Source: Candidatus Hermodarchaeota archaeon
GTDB lineage: Archaea > Asgardarchaeota > Lokiarchaeia > Sigyniarchaeales > SOKP01
Assembly: GCA_048885525.1 (NCBI GenBank)
Contig: JBHLLP010000009.1
Coordinates: 1 to 57,132 of the forward strand
Direction of reading: 5' to 3'
Length of the DNA stretch: 57,132 nt
Numbering within the stretch: the stretch's first letter is position 1; every line of letters starts with the position of its first letter. This document shows positions 30,780 through 40,156 of the stretch, one piece after another. Under the pieces are notes generated by a model. It was not told where the DNA came from and did no database searches. It worked only from the letters and a program-made list of their open reading frames with translations. Both the position numbers and the translations under genes were made by a program.

Positions 30780-32039
30780 ATGGCTAAAGCAAGTGAAATT
30801 GAAGAAAATAATGCTTTTGAAATGGGTAAACCTTATTATTGTAAAGAATGCAAACGTAATCATACAAAAGGGAAAATCTATAAAGAACACATAAATTTTG
30901 CCTTCTTTGAAAATAGTGAAGATAAAAATAATGCAGATGAAACTATTGAATTTTATGATTATGAGTATGATGATGAGGCAGAATTGGTAGAAACTTTTAA
31001 TGAAATTGATGATGATGCCAATGAAGCTGAAAATCAATTAGATGATGATTTAGATTTAGAAAGTGAAGATGAGTTAAATGATAAGGAAAGTATAAAAGGA
31101 TGCATCGATGCTGTAAAAAAGCTTCCTGGTGTTGGAGAAGCTACTTTAAATAAATTAATAAAAGCAGGATTTTCAAGTTTAGAATCAATTGCATTCACAC
31201 CTCCTAAAATTATACAAGAAGAGAGTGGTTTAGGAGAGAAAACAACTGAAAAATTAATCAAATCTTCAATGGAACAATTAAATATTGGATTTAAATCCGC
31301 TGAAGATGTGTGGGAACACAGAAAAAATATCGCGAGAATAACTACGGGGAGCCAAGAGCTAGATGGTTCGTTAGGTGGTGGAGTTGAAACAGGCAGTGTT
31401 ATTGAGTTTTTTGGTGAATTTAGGACTGGTAAAACTCAAATTATGCATCAATTATGTGTTAATGTTCAACTACTCAAAGAAAAAGGAGGTCTTGAAGGAA
31501 AAGCTTTATATATTGATACAGAGGGGACCTTTAGACCAGAAAGGATTATACAAATGGCTGAAGGATTAGATCTAGATCATAAAAAAGTGTTAAAAAATAT
31601 AGTTTTTGGGCGAGCATATAATTCTGATCATCAAATTCTTCTAATTAAAGAAGCAGCAAACTTGATTAAAGAAAAAAACATCAAATTAATTGTAGTAGAT
31701 TCACTTATAGGACATTTCCGAAGTGAATATATTGGGCGTGGTACATTAGCAAACCGTCAACAGACAATTAATTCCCATTTACATGATTTATTAAGATTAT
31801 GTGATATATATCCAGATTTAGCAATTGTTGTGACAAATCAAGTTCAAGCTAAACCTGATGTTTTTTATGGAAACCCATTACAAGCTGCAGGGGGTAATGT
31901 TGTAGCACATGGTTCTACAATTAGAATTTATTTAAGAAAAGGCAAGGGAGAACAAAGAATTGCAAAAATTGTGGATGCCCCCCATCTACCAGAGGGGGAA
32001 GCTATCTTCTCTATAACTGAAAATGGTATATCTGATTAG
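30780..32039 (+). CDS. radA: DNA repair and recombination protein RadA with an N-terminal zinc-finger/acidic extension
   Basis: HhH LPGVG, FxxA motif GFKSA, Walker [22 protein letters not shown], Walker B IVVDS and GGNVVAH. Confidence 0.96.
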   Translation: MAKASEIEENNAFEMGKPYYCKECKRNHTKGKIYKEHINFAFFENSEDKNNADETIEFYDYEYDDEAELVETFNEIDDDANEAENQLDDDLDLESEDELNDKESIKGCIDAVKKLPGVGEATLNKLIKAGFSSLESIAFTPPKIIQEESGLGEKTTEKLIKSSMEQLNIGFKSAEDVWEHRKNIARITTGSQELDGSLGGGVETGSVIEFFGEFRTGKTQIMHQLCVNVQLLKEKGGLEGKALYIDTEGTFRPERIIQMAEGLDLDHKKVLKNIVFGRAYNSDHQILLIKEAANLIKEKNIKLIVVDSLIGHFRSEYIGRGTLANRQQTINSHLHDLLRLCDIYPDLAIVVTNQVQAKPDVFYGNPLQAAGGNVVAHGSTIRIYLRKGKGEQRIAKIVDAPHLPEGEAIFSITENGISD

Positions 32040-32070
32040 ACGGAAAAAATCTTTATTAGTTTAAATCAAT

Positions 32071-32388
32071 TTAAATTCTTATTTTCCAACCATCTTTTTG
32101 AGTGAATTATATTTTTTCATCCTTATTCATTTGGTGAATAATTAAGTTTATTGGTTTTTCAGAAATAGTAATTCTTTCTCTAGCAGCTCTCTCTAAGGTT
32201 TTTTCAGTTAATTCTTTTAAGGATTTTACTGATTTTTGATCATAAAAAATCTTTAAAATTAAATTTTCAATTTTTTCTTTAATCTTTAATGGTACTAACA
32301 GAAATTTATTATTATCCGAATTAATTGAATGTAAACCCATACCCTGATCTTTTTCAATAGGAATAATTTTCAACTTTTCTTCTTCCAT
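32071..32388 (-). pseudogene. Small winged-helix-like protein apparently interrupted by TAA at 32107-32109
   Basis: The 93-aa ORF ends MNKDEKI*. The same frame continues FTQKDGWKIRI* to 32071, which resembles a wHTH wing. Confidence 0.4.
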
Positions 32389-32678
32389 TCTCAGAGATAT
32401 AATTCTCTTTTACAATAGAGGATTTAATTACGGAGGATTCATTCCCTTTTAGTCTTTTTTCCTTTTTCATTTTTTGTTTGTTACTGAATCAAATGAACAT
32501 TTTCAATAATAAATGAATGGACTTCTCTAAATATAATTAGTTCTTATTATAGATATAAATGTATTTACCATTTATAATAACTTTCCTAACTCATTAAAAT
32601 CAATTAAGAGAGATATCTACTCTAAAACAAATAATTAATTTATATTAGAATTTTAATTAGAAAAATAATAAAAAAAAA

Positions 32679-35600
32679 TTAAATCAGCTTTTCAAATTCT
32701 TTTGCTTTATTTGTTAATCTCTTCACTTCTTTTGTCATTTCATTTACACCTAACTTAAATATTTCCGAAGCAATTTTTGAAGATATCTTATATTTCTGAG
32801 CCGCTTCATTATAATTCTTATCTTTAGCAGCCAATTTTGCTTCCTTTTCAAGTTTTTTAAGCTTAATATTAAGATCTTCGATTTTAGTCATACGTATTAG
32901 ATCATCTAAAATTTGTGCATCGCTTGTTAATTCCCAGTTGGTTGCAATTTTTATAGCATTATGTAAAATTTTAATGGATGTATCATAATCTTTGTTTTTC
33001 TTTGCACTTAAAGCATTCTTCTTTAAGTTTTTAATTTCTTTCTTAGCTCCTTTTATATTATCAATTACTGCAGCTCCTGCTTTTGATTCTATTGGAGCAG
33101 AAACAATTTCTTGTTGTTCACTTAAACTCACAAAATATGCTTCTCTTTCAGCCGGACCTATTTGAGCAAGATCATTAACCAATTTCTTTCTCTCTTCTGG
33201 TGATAAATCAACCAATTCTGAAACTTTCTGGTTAATAAGATTCAATTCTTGCTGAGAAATTGGTGGTGCCTCAATACTAGTAATTTCAATCGGGATTAAT
33301 ATTTTTTTATCCCTTAATTCTTTAATCCCCATGAAAATTTCTGCTGTTTCTTTACCCGCCTTTTCCGTAGCCTCTTTTAATAAAGTAGCTATAAAGAAGA
33401 AATTTCTCTCTGAATCTTTCATCAAGCTATTTGCAATCTTCAATACCTCTCGTGATTGAGATTTTTTAAGAGTTTTAGTACTAGTAATTTCATAAGTTAT
33501 CTCATGTGGCAAAATAATTGAAGTATTTAATATATCATCAACGAGAGTTCCAGAATCTCTAAATATATTTAATTGACCTCTCCAATTCGGAAGTTCATTG
33601 GCATAAATCTTCTCAAAAACATGTATAAATTCCATTAAATTCCTCCGTAGAATGAGAGATGCTTTTTTTCCTAACACCAATGCAACCCTTATGTTTTCAC
33701 CATCTGAAAGGAGCAACATTTTATCGCCATATGAAATTTCATTTAATTCTTCTTGACTTACCAGATCTTTACCAAAACTGCTTATTGCTGAAATAAATCC
33801 AGAAATTAACTCGGGATCGATTTCTTCAGAACCAAAGGATTTGAAATAAATACATGTGCCCGTTCCCTTATATAAAACTAAAATATGCTCTAAATTAATA
33901 GCATCATCAAAAATGGTTTTTACTTCTGTTAGAATTCGTAATTTCTCTCGTTTTTTAGGAACAACAATACCCCGATAAATAGCTACTGATCCTCCAATAG
34001 CAGCAGCAGCAATCCCTGCAATTATCAAGTATGGTAAAATATCTTCAAAAAGAAAACCTGCTGGTATTGGAATAATATCAATATCTGAAATTTTAGCTGT
34101 TCTTCCTTTGTGATAATATGCACTATTTAATTGAACGGTTATATTCAATGTTAAAGTATCGCTATAGGTAGGTATTATAACTTTTATTTCTCCTGTACTA
34201 TTAGTGTAATAATCTTCAGATTCACCAACTCCATTATTATAGTATAACGTAATATTGATACTTGATCCATCAATAGGCAACCAGACAGAACCATCAAAAA
34301 ATTCTGCTCTGATAATAAGTGAAAATGGAAGGCCTGCATTCACACTTTCAGGTGGGTTTACAACAGTAATTCTAGTTTCATATTTATCTATAATTCTTAA
34401 TAGTAAATCTACACTTGTTACATTATTACCATTTTTTAAGGCCATTACTGTAAAGGAGTAATTACCAATGGATAATAGAGAAATATTTAAATTACCCGAA
34501 TGTAAGGAGATACTTTCGGATATTGTGTGCATTACATAACCACTTGCTAAGGTATCAATGTTTTGATAAAAAATAGAATAAGAGACACCTGTACCAATTT
34601 GAATAATAGTTCCAAAATGCACATCTGATGTGTTAAATTCAATACCAATATTACTTCCAATGAAAGTCTCATAAAAATTATCTATGATTGATGGTTCTAA
34701 TTGTCCTCCTGGATTTGTTATCGATATAATATTACTATTTGCATAAACAATTGTTAAATTGAAAGTTAGTGGAATTATTTTATAATTTAAAATTACGACA
34801 GATACGTTAATCAAATAATTTCCTACACCTAAACCGGATGTTGTTATAGTTCCAATATACTTTGAAGTAGGTGAATTAAATGTAAGACTATTTAGAATAG
34901 TTCCATTATCTCCTGTGCCCAAATTTATATATCTCACTAAATATAAAGACGCATCTCTAGCAATTGTCTTATTTAAAGACTCAGTATCAGTTATATTGAA
35001 TTCTAAATTAAGGTCAAGAGCTATGGTAGAATTGTAATAATTTCCGACTCCGGATGGTTCTAATTGACCTCCTTGATTTGAAATTAATATAATATTAATC
35101 CGTGAATTTATTAAAGTTAAATTAAAACTAAACGTAGTATTTTCATAATTTAACATAATAACAGTAACATTAATTATATAAAATCCAGTATCTGTTAATG
35201 CTGACGTAACAATGCTTCCTGAATGTGTGTATGGTGCTAATGGAATAAACCCGAGGCTTTCTTGAAGAGTTCCCGTCATTCCTGTGTTAATCTGTTTGAA
35301 AGTTATAATATAATCACTTGGAACTAGAGTAACTATATTATTATTCCACTCTGTATCCGTTATGTTGAATTCAATCGTTAGGTCGCTTCCTAAGAAGGTT
35401 GTATAATTATTTCCAATACCAGTAGGAATGAGTATCTCTTCTGGATCTTCTACTGAAATCATATTGATCTGACTGTGATTTCCTCTTAAATAAAATTGAA
35501 TGTAAGCCAAGCTCCAATTATAATCAGGGTATTTAGAGACATTTAACTGTAATGTATATAAACCTGAATTTTTCCCTGCAATGCTAATATTCAATTTATA

Positions 35601-38600
35601 ATTACCAGGTCCCGGTTCAGTGAATAAATCAAATCCAGGAAGCCATTTAGTGCCGACATAATAATCCTTAATATTAACATTAGTCTCATTTAATCCAACA
35701 ATTGGATTGTTATTTGTTGTATCGTTAAAGTAGAAATTTACCGATACATTAGTCCAAGTAGTCCGAGCAAAATCAGCATCATCGTTCCATGATATATTAT
35801 CAATTCTAGTTTGAATTATCGTTAATAGAATCGTTAAGGTAATTTTTTGGGATTGATTACCAAAAGCTGAAATACTAAAATTGAGTATGTAGGGATCAAC
35901 TCTAACCGTTACACTTGATGTTATAACATCGAGTGTATAATTACCATTACCATCATTCCAAATATAGTAATCAAAGCCAAAAGGTAGAGTAGCTGGTCCA
36001 AACGTATCATATTCAACGATGGGGTTTCCTTTTCTATCCGAATAATTGAAAGTATAAGTCACATTGAGACCTCCTTTTACTTCTATGAGAGGAGGATTAT
36101 TAAAAGGTGTAATCTGCGTCAAAATTTGGCGTTCAAAAGTAAAAGTCCTTGTTAAATTAATATAATTGGTTTTATTTGCTCTAATAATGATATCTACAAA
36201 ACCATAATTGTCATCAAAGTCAGCGTGATTAGCATAAATAGTAATATTATATGTGCCATCGTTATTATCCGTTACATTATCTTGTCTAAATCCCATACCA
36301 CTAATTGAGTAGCTTATGATAGATTCATTAATCCCTATAGATCTAGTATGATCCATGTATTCTATTAATATGTCAAAGATTTCGTTTTCTACATAAGATG
36401 TTAGTTGCTCAGGGGTATGAATAGTAAGAGTCGTATTTCCAACTACTATTTCTTCCAAGACTGTACTTGCTGTATAGTAATGTGTTTTAGTAATATTGAT
36501 TTTTATGTTATATTTAGCATAGGGATAAAATATTGGATCACTACAATTTACAGTAATATTATAAAATCCTCCGCTATATGGATCAATTATTATAGGAGTA
36601 TATGCTTGATATGAACTGGCTGACACTTCTTTTACATAAATCTTTGCTAGACCTTCATCAATTCCTTCATCATTCCTACCAATATCTTTGAAGGAAATTG
36701 TGATATTAAATATATCATCAGAATTGTAGTATCCTATTATAGGATCGGGAAATTTAGTAGCGCTTAAGCTAGTTTCTCCCGTAATATAAATTATAAATGA
36801 TATAGATTGATTGTGATAATAAGTTTTTTTAACATCTATGGTTAAATTGAAATAACCATAACCTTCAGTAGCAAAATCATCATCGCTACAATTTATAGTT
36901 ATATCATAATTTCCAAGGCCTTGATCAATATTACTAACTGGGGAATGAAGAGTTTGATTTATAAAAACTTCTCTTGTTGCACCAGGTATGCCAAGATCTT
37001 TAATAGTATCATTAAAAAATAAGGAGATTACAAAAGTTTCAGTTGAATTATAGGATGATTTTACAGTTGTTGTATTGAAAAGATCTGTCACTCCCAATAT
37101 TTTAAAATAAAATGTTTCAGTCTGATTATTATAATAATTACCACCAGCACTAATTGTTATATTATTTTGACCATAATTAAATTTAGAATTATTGCAATCA
37201 AAAGTGATATTATATTGACCATTAGTAATATATTCTACACTCTCATTAATAGGACTATAATCCTCATTATTAATTTTATATTGGATATCTGCATCTGCAA
37301 TGATTTGATTTTGCCCCGTATCATTATAAAAAACAGTAATATTAAATACTTTATTCGCATTGTAAATGACATTTGGTGATGGATAAAGAATTTTCAATGA
37401 TGTATCTGCTACAACTTCTATAGTATCTTCTAAAAACCCTGCATCAGTATAATTATTCCATCCTAATTTAATTCTAAAAACACCATATTTAATTACAGTT
37501 TTCGAGATATTCCAATCACCAAAATATATCTCATCTCCTGCATAGAAAGAATCATTGGTTAATGTATAGTTTAAGAAATTATTAATTTCTACAGGAGAAT
37601 ACACAGTAAGATTGATTAGACCATCATCTACGTATGTTGAGAATGTGGCATTAAGATGTACTATATTTGTATAATTAAATTTACTAGGAGTGCTAGTTTC
37701 TGTATACGCTGTCATACTTGGGAGAAGATTTGTCGATTCTGCTGTTAAATACCACAATGTTCCATTTCCTGCACCTAAAATATTGACTTCTCTATATCCA
37801 TTCCCTAATGAATGGTTAGTACTATCTGATGTTTTAGGAGTACTGCCATTAAATACTCTTATGCTGTGTTCATCCCACGTATCTGGTATTGTAAAATTAA
37901 TTTGTTTATAACCTAAACGAGAATCAAAATAATTTAATCCTCCATTCCGAGTTACATTCCATTCTACCGGTTGAGCATCTCCAGAAATAATAAATTTAGA
38001 ACTTGCTCTTAAATCTGTTCTTGTATAATTAATTTGAACTTTTGCAACATTAAAAGAAACATCCCACCAATCAGCTGTAACAGTAAAATCTAAATTACCA
38101 TCTGAATCGTTTAATTCATCACTTGGGTTCCAGTATCCTTTTCCATCTGCGACATTTTCTACGACAATATCATTAATTTCTAATCCTATTTGTTTTGGCT
38201 TTGGTGTATTGCTCAGTGGTGCTAAATCTACTTTCAGACTGAAATCATATGACTCAGGTTCACTTGTTTCGAGTGGGTTTCTGTATGAAATTGTTTCATA
38301 ACTATTTCCAACACTATCAATATTCCAATATGTACTTACATCACTTGAGGTAAGTCTAATAAAAAATGTATTATTATATGTTTCCGCACTACTCGCATTA
38401 AGTAATTGATTTAATCCCGTAAGTTTTAACCACACATCGGTGGTACTATCATTTCCGATTTGACCTAGATATGCCAAACCACCAGTAAGATCTGCATTTG
38501 GTCTAATATAACCACTTGTATATTTAGCACTATATACATCATATGTAAATATCCTACCAGCAGCAGTTGATCGTATATTTACATCAACTGCTTTTAAATA

Positions 38601-39056
38601 ACAGCTTGATGGAACCTCAAATGAAGTATAACAAATTGACGTTTCCAATAACCAATTAGTAAGGGGGCCCGGTTCAACATCTAATGCTTTGTCAGGAGCA
38701 TATATATCATTAATTGTAACATTTACAAAACTAGAATTAAAAGTAGGATATTTAGGAGAAGGTAGAGTAAAAGTATTATTATTTACATCAGAAGCGTTCA
38801 ATAAAGTATTGAATGAATTATTTAAATAAGATTGATGTAATGTTATATTCATACTCTCACCAGTACCACTATAGCTTGAAGAGTAATCTGAAGTTTTAAG
38901 CTCGTTAAATAATTCATATTCAGTTGGTGAATCTAAATCATTGTAAGGATTATTAAAGTTCGAAATAAATTGGCCAACATTCAAAAAACTTAGCGTAATC
39001 GTTATAAGAAAAAGAATTAGAATCCGTCTATTTTTTTTAATATTAGAGTTAAACAT
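32679..39056 (-). CDS. Giant (2125-aa) single-pass cell-surface protein: signal/anchor, Ig-like repeats, TM, cytoplasmic longin-like domain and helical-repeat tail
   Basis: Basic plus hydrophobic N-terminus; beta-rich repeats with abundant N-x-S/T; TM ILPYLIIAGIAAAAIGGSVAIY then PKKREK; HILVLYKGTGTCIY...DPELISGFISAISSFGKDL. Confidence 0.85.
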   Translation of the reverse strand: MFNSNIKKNRRILILFLITITLSFLNVGQFISNFNNPYNDLDSPTEYELFNELKTSDYSSSYSGTGESMNITLHQSYLNNSFNTLLNASDVNNNTFTLPSPKYPTFNSSFVNVTINDIYAPDKALDVEPGPLTNWLLETSICYTSFEVPSSCYLKAVDVNIRSTAAGRIFTYDVYSAKYTSGYIRPNADLTGGLAYLGQIGNDSTTDVWLKLTGLNQLLNASSAETYNNTFFIRLTSSDVSTYWNIDSVGNSYETISYRNPLETSEPESYDFSLKVDLAPLSNTPKPKQIGLEINDIVVENVADGKGYWNPSDELNDSDGNLDFTVTADWWDVSFNVAKVQINYTRTDLRASSKFIISGDAQPVEWNVTRNGGLNYFDSRLGYKQINFTIPDTWDEHSIRVFNGSTPKTSDSTNHSLGNGYREVNILGAGNGTLWYLTAESTNLLPSMTAYTETSTPSKFNYTNIVHLNATFSTYVDDGLINLTVYSPVEINNFLNYTLTNDSFYAGDEIYFGDWNISKTVIKYGVFRIKLGWNNYTDAGFLEDTIEVVADTSLKILYPSPNVIYNANKVFNITVFYNDTGQNQIIADADIQYKINNEDYSPINESVEYITNGQYNITFDCNNSKFNYGQNNITISAGGNYYNNQTETFYFKILGVTDLFNTTTVKSSYNSTETFVISLFFNDTIKDLGIPGATREVFINQTLHSPVSNIDQGLGNYDITINCSDDDFATEGYGYFNLTIDVKKTYYHNQSISFIIYITGETSLSATKFPDPIIGYYNSDDIFNITISFKDIGRNDEGIDEGLAKIYVKEVSASSYQAYTPIIIDPYSGGFYNITVNCSDPIFYPYAKYNIKINITKTHYYTASTVLEEIVVGNTTLTIHTPEQLTSYVENEIFDILIEYMDHTRSIGINESIISYSISGMGFRQDNVTDNNDGTYNITIYANHADFDDNYGFVDIIIRANKTNYINLTRTFTFERQILTQITPFNNPPLIEVKGGLNVTYTFNYSDRKGNPIVEYDTFGPATLPFGFDYYIWNDGNGNYTLDVITSSVTVRVDPYILNFSISAFGNQSQKITLTILLTIIQTRIDNISWNDDADFARTTWTNVSVNFYFNDTTNNNPIVGLNETNVNIKDYYVGTKWLPGFDLFTEPGPGNYKLNISIAGKNSGLYTLQLNVSKYPDYNWSLAYIQFYLRGNHSQINMISVEDPEEILIPTGIGNNYTTFLGSDLTIEFNITDTEWNNNIVTLVPSDYIITFKQINTGMTGTLQESLGFIPLAPYTHSGSIVTSALTDTGFYIINVTVIMLNYENTTFSFNLTLINSRINIILISNQGGQLEPSGVGNYYNSTIALDLNLEFNITDTESLNKTIARDASLYLVRYINLGTGDNGTILNSLTFNSPTSKYIGTITTSGLGVGNYLINVSVVILNYKIIPLTFNLTIVYANSNIISITNPGGQLEPSIIDNFYETFIGSNIGIEFNTSDVHFGTIIQIGTGVSYSIFYQNIDTLASGYVMHTISESISLHSGNLNISLLSIGNYSFTVMALKNGNNVTSVDLLLRIIDKYETRITVVNPPESVNAGLPFSLIIRAEFFDGSVWLPIDGSSINITLYYNNGVGESEDYYTNSTGEIKVIIPTYSDTLTLNITVQLNSAYYHKGRTAKISDIDIIPIPAGFLFEDILPYLIIAGIAAAAIGGSVAIYRGIVVPKKREKLRILTEVKTIFDDAINLEHILVLYKGTGTCIYFKSFGSEEIDPELISGFISAISSFGKDLVSQEELNEISYGDKMLLLSDGENIRVALVLGKKASLILRRNLMEFIHVFEKIYANELPNWRGQLNIFRDSGTLVDDILNTSIILPHEITYEITSTKTLKKSQSREVLKIANSLMKDSERNFFFIATLLKEATEKAGKETAEIFMGIKELRDKKILIPIEITSIEAPPISQQELNLINQKVSELVDLSPEERKKLVNDLAQIGPAEREAYFVSLSEQQEIVSAPIESKAGAAVIDNIKGAKKEIKNLKKNALSAKKNKDYDTSIKILHNAIKIATNWELTSDAQILDDLIRMTKIEDLNIKLKKLEKEAKLAAKDKNYNEAAQKYKISSKIASEIFKLGVNEMTKEVKRLTNKAKEFEKLI
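34390..35480 (-). repeat. Three tandem, about 120-aa intragenic repeats in the giant surface protein
   Basis: SQINMISVEDPEEILIPTGIGNNYTTFLGSDLTIEFNITDT / SRINIILISNQGGQLEPSGVGNYYNSTIALDLNLEFNITDT / SNIISITNPGGQLEPSIIDNFYETFIGSNIGIEFNTSDV. DNA GGTTCTAATTG recurs near 34693 and 35056. Confidence 0.75.
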
Positions 39057-39292
39057 AAGTCACAACAATTTTTTTCTATTTAATTTAACATTTTTATAAT
39101 TCTATTAGCAATTAATCTTAATAATTTTGTAGGTTAATTTGTAAAAAATATGAAAAATATATGGGTTATATTGCGATTAATTCCTTTAAATATATCTGAT
39201 ATAGAGAAATTATGAGATATTGAGTAGAAATTTACATTTAATTTTTTTTATATTTATTTTAAAAAGATAATAATAATCTTTGAAAAAAATCT

Positions 39293-39991
39293 TTAACTTG
39301 TTTTTTCTTTCTCTTTTAAGATAATCCTTGCGTCTACACAGATCAATCCTTTATCATAAATAAATACTGGATTAAGATCCATTTCATTAATTTCTTCATG
39401 CTCAACTACGAGATCAGAAATTTTTAATAGTACTTGAACAATGGCATCTAAATCTGCTTTTGGTTTCCCACGATATCCATCTAGTATTGGAAAGCCTTTA
39501 ATTTCGTGAATCATCTCTTTAGCGTCATATTCAGTTATTGGTGCAATCCTAAAACTTACATCCTCTAAAAGTTCTACCAAAATCCCACCAATACCAAACA
39601 TTAGTGCAGGACCAAATTGAGGGTCTGTTGTCATACCAATAATAAGTTCTGTTATAGGCTCATCTGCCATTTTCTGTACAGAAATTTTCTTTTCTTTCTG
39701 AGATGGAATCTTGATTAATTCATTATAAGCATTCTCTGCGTCTTCTTTTGTTTTGAGGTTTAATTTAACGGCTCCTGTATCAGATTTATGAACTACATCT
39801 TCTGCCATGAGTTTCAATACAATAGGGAATCCAATCTCCTCTATTGCAGTAAGGGTTTCTTCTTTTGAAGTTGTTAATTTTTGACTCGGAATAGGAATAC
39901 CAATTTCTTGTAATAATTCTTTAGATTCAAATTCAGTTAATACTGTTTTACCAGATTCAAATTTAGTTTTTAATACTTCAGCTATATTCAT
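39293..39991 (-). CDS. ADP-forming acetate/acyl-CoA synthetase, beta subunit (ATP-grasp)
   Basis: LTEFESKELL..IGIP, IGFPIVLK, HKSDTGAV, ELIIGM..DPQFGP..MFGIGG and EMDLNPV..VDARI. Confidence 0.92.
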   Translation of the reverse strand: MNIAEVLKTKFESGKTVLTEFESKELLQEIGIPIPSQKLTTSKEETLTAIEEIGFPIVLKLMAEDVVHKSDTGAVKLNLKTKEDAENAYNELIKIPSQKEKKISVQKMADEPITELIIGMTTDPQFGPALMFGIGGILVELLEDVSFRIAPITEYDAKEMIHEIKGFPILDGYRGKPKADLDAIVQVLLKISDLVVEHEEINEMDLNPVFIYDKGLICVDARIILKEKEKTS

Positions 39992-40156
39992 TACTTAATT
40001 ACCGTTTTGGGATATTGAACTATTTACTTTTAATTATTAAATAAAATTATAAAAAAAATATAAAATTAATTAAAAAGCATTAGACCATTAGGTTATAATA
40101 AATAAAAATAGCTGTAAAATAAAATATTAAATAATAAGATTTAAAATAAAAGAAAT

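Noticed and set aside
30777-31261. Hydrophobic minus-strand ORFs (86 and 75 aa) that look like membrane proteins
   Set aside because: Antisense shadows of the acidic RadA N-terminus (GAA/GAT codons read as TTC/ATC).
30780-32039. Possible intein explaining the long RadA
   Set aside because: The ATPase core is continuous through Walker A; the extra length is entirely N-terminal and lacks intein splice motifs.
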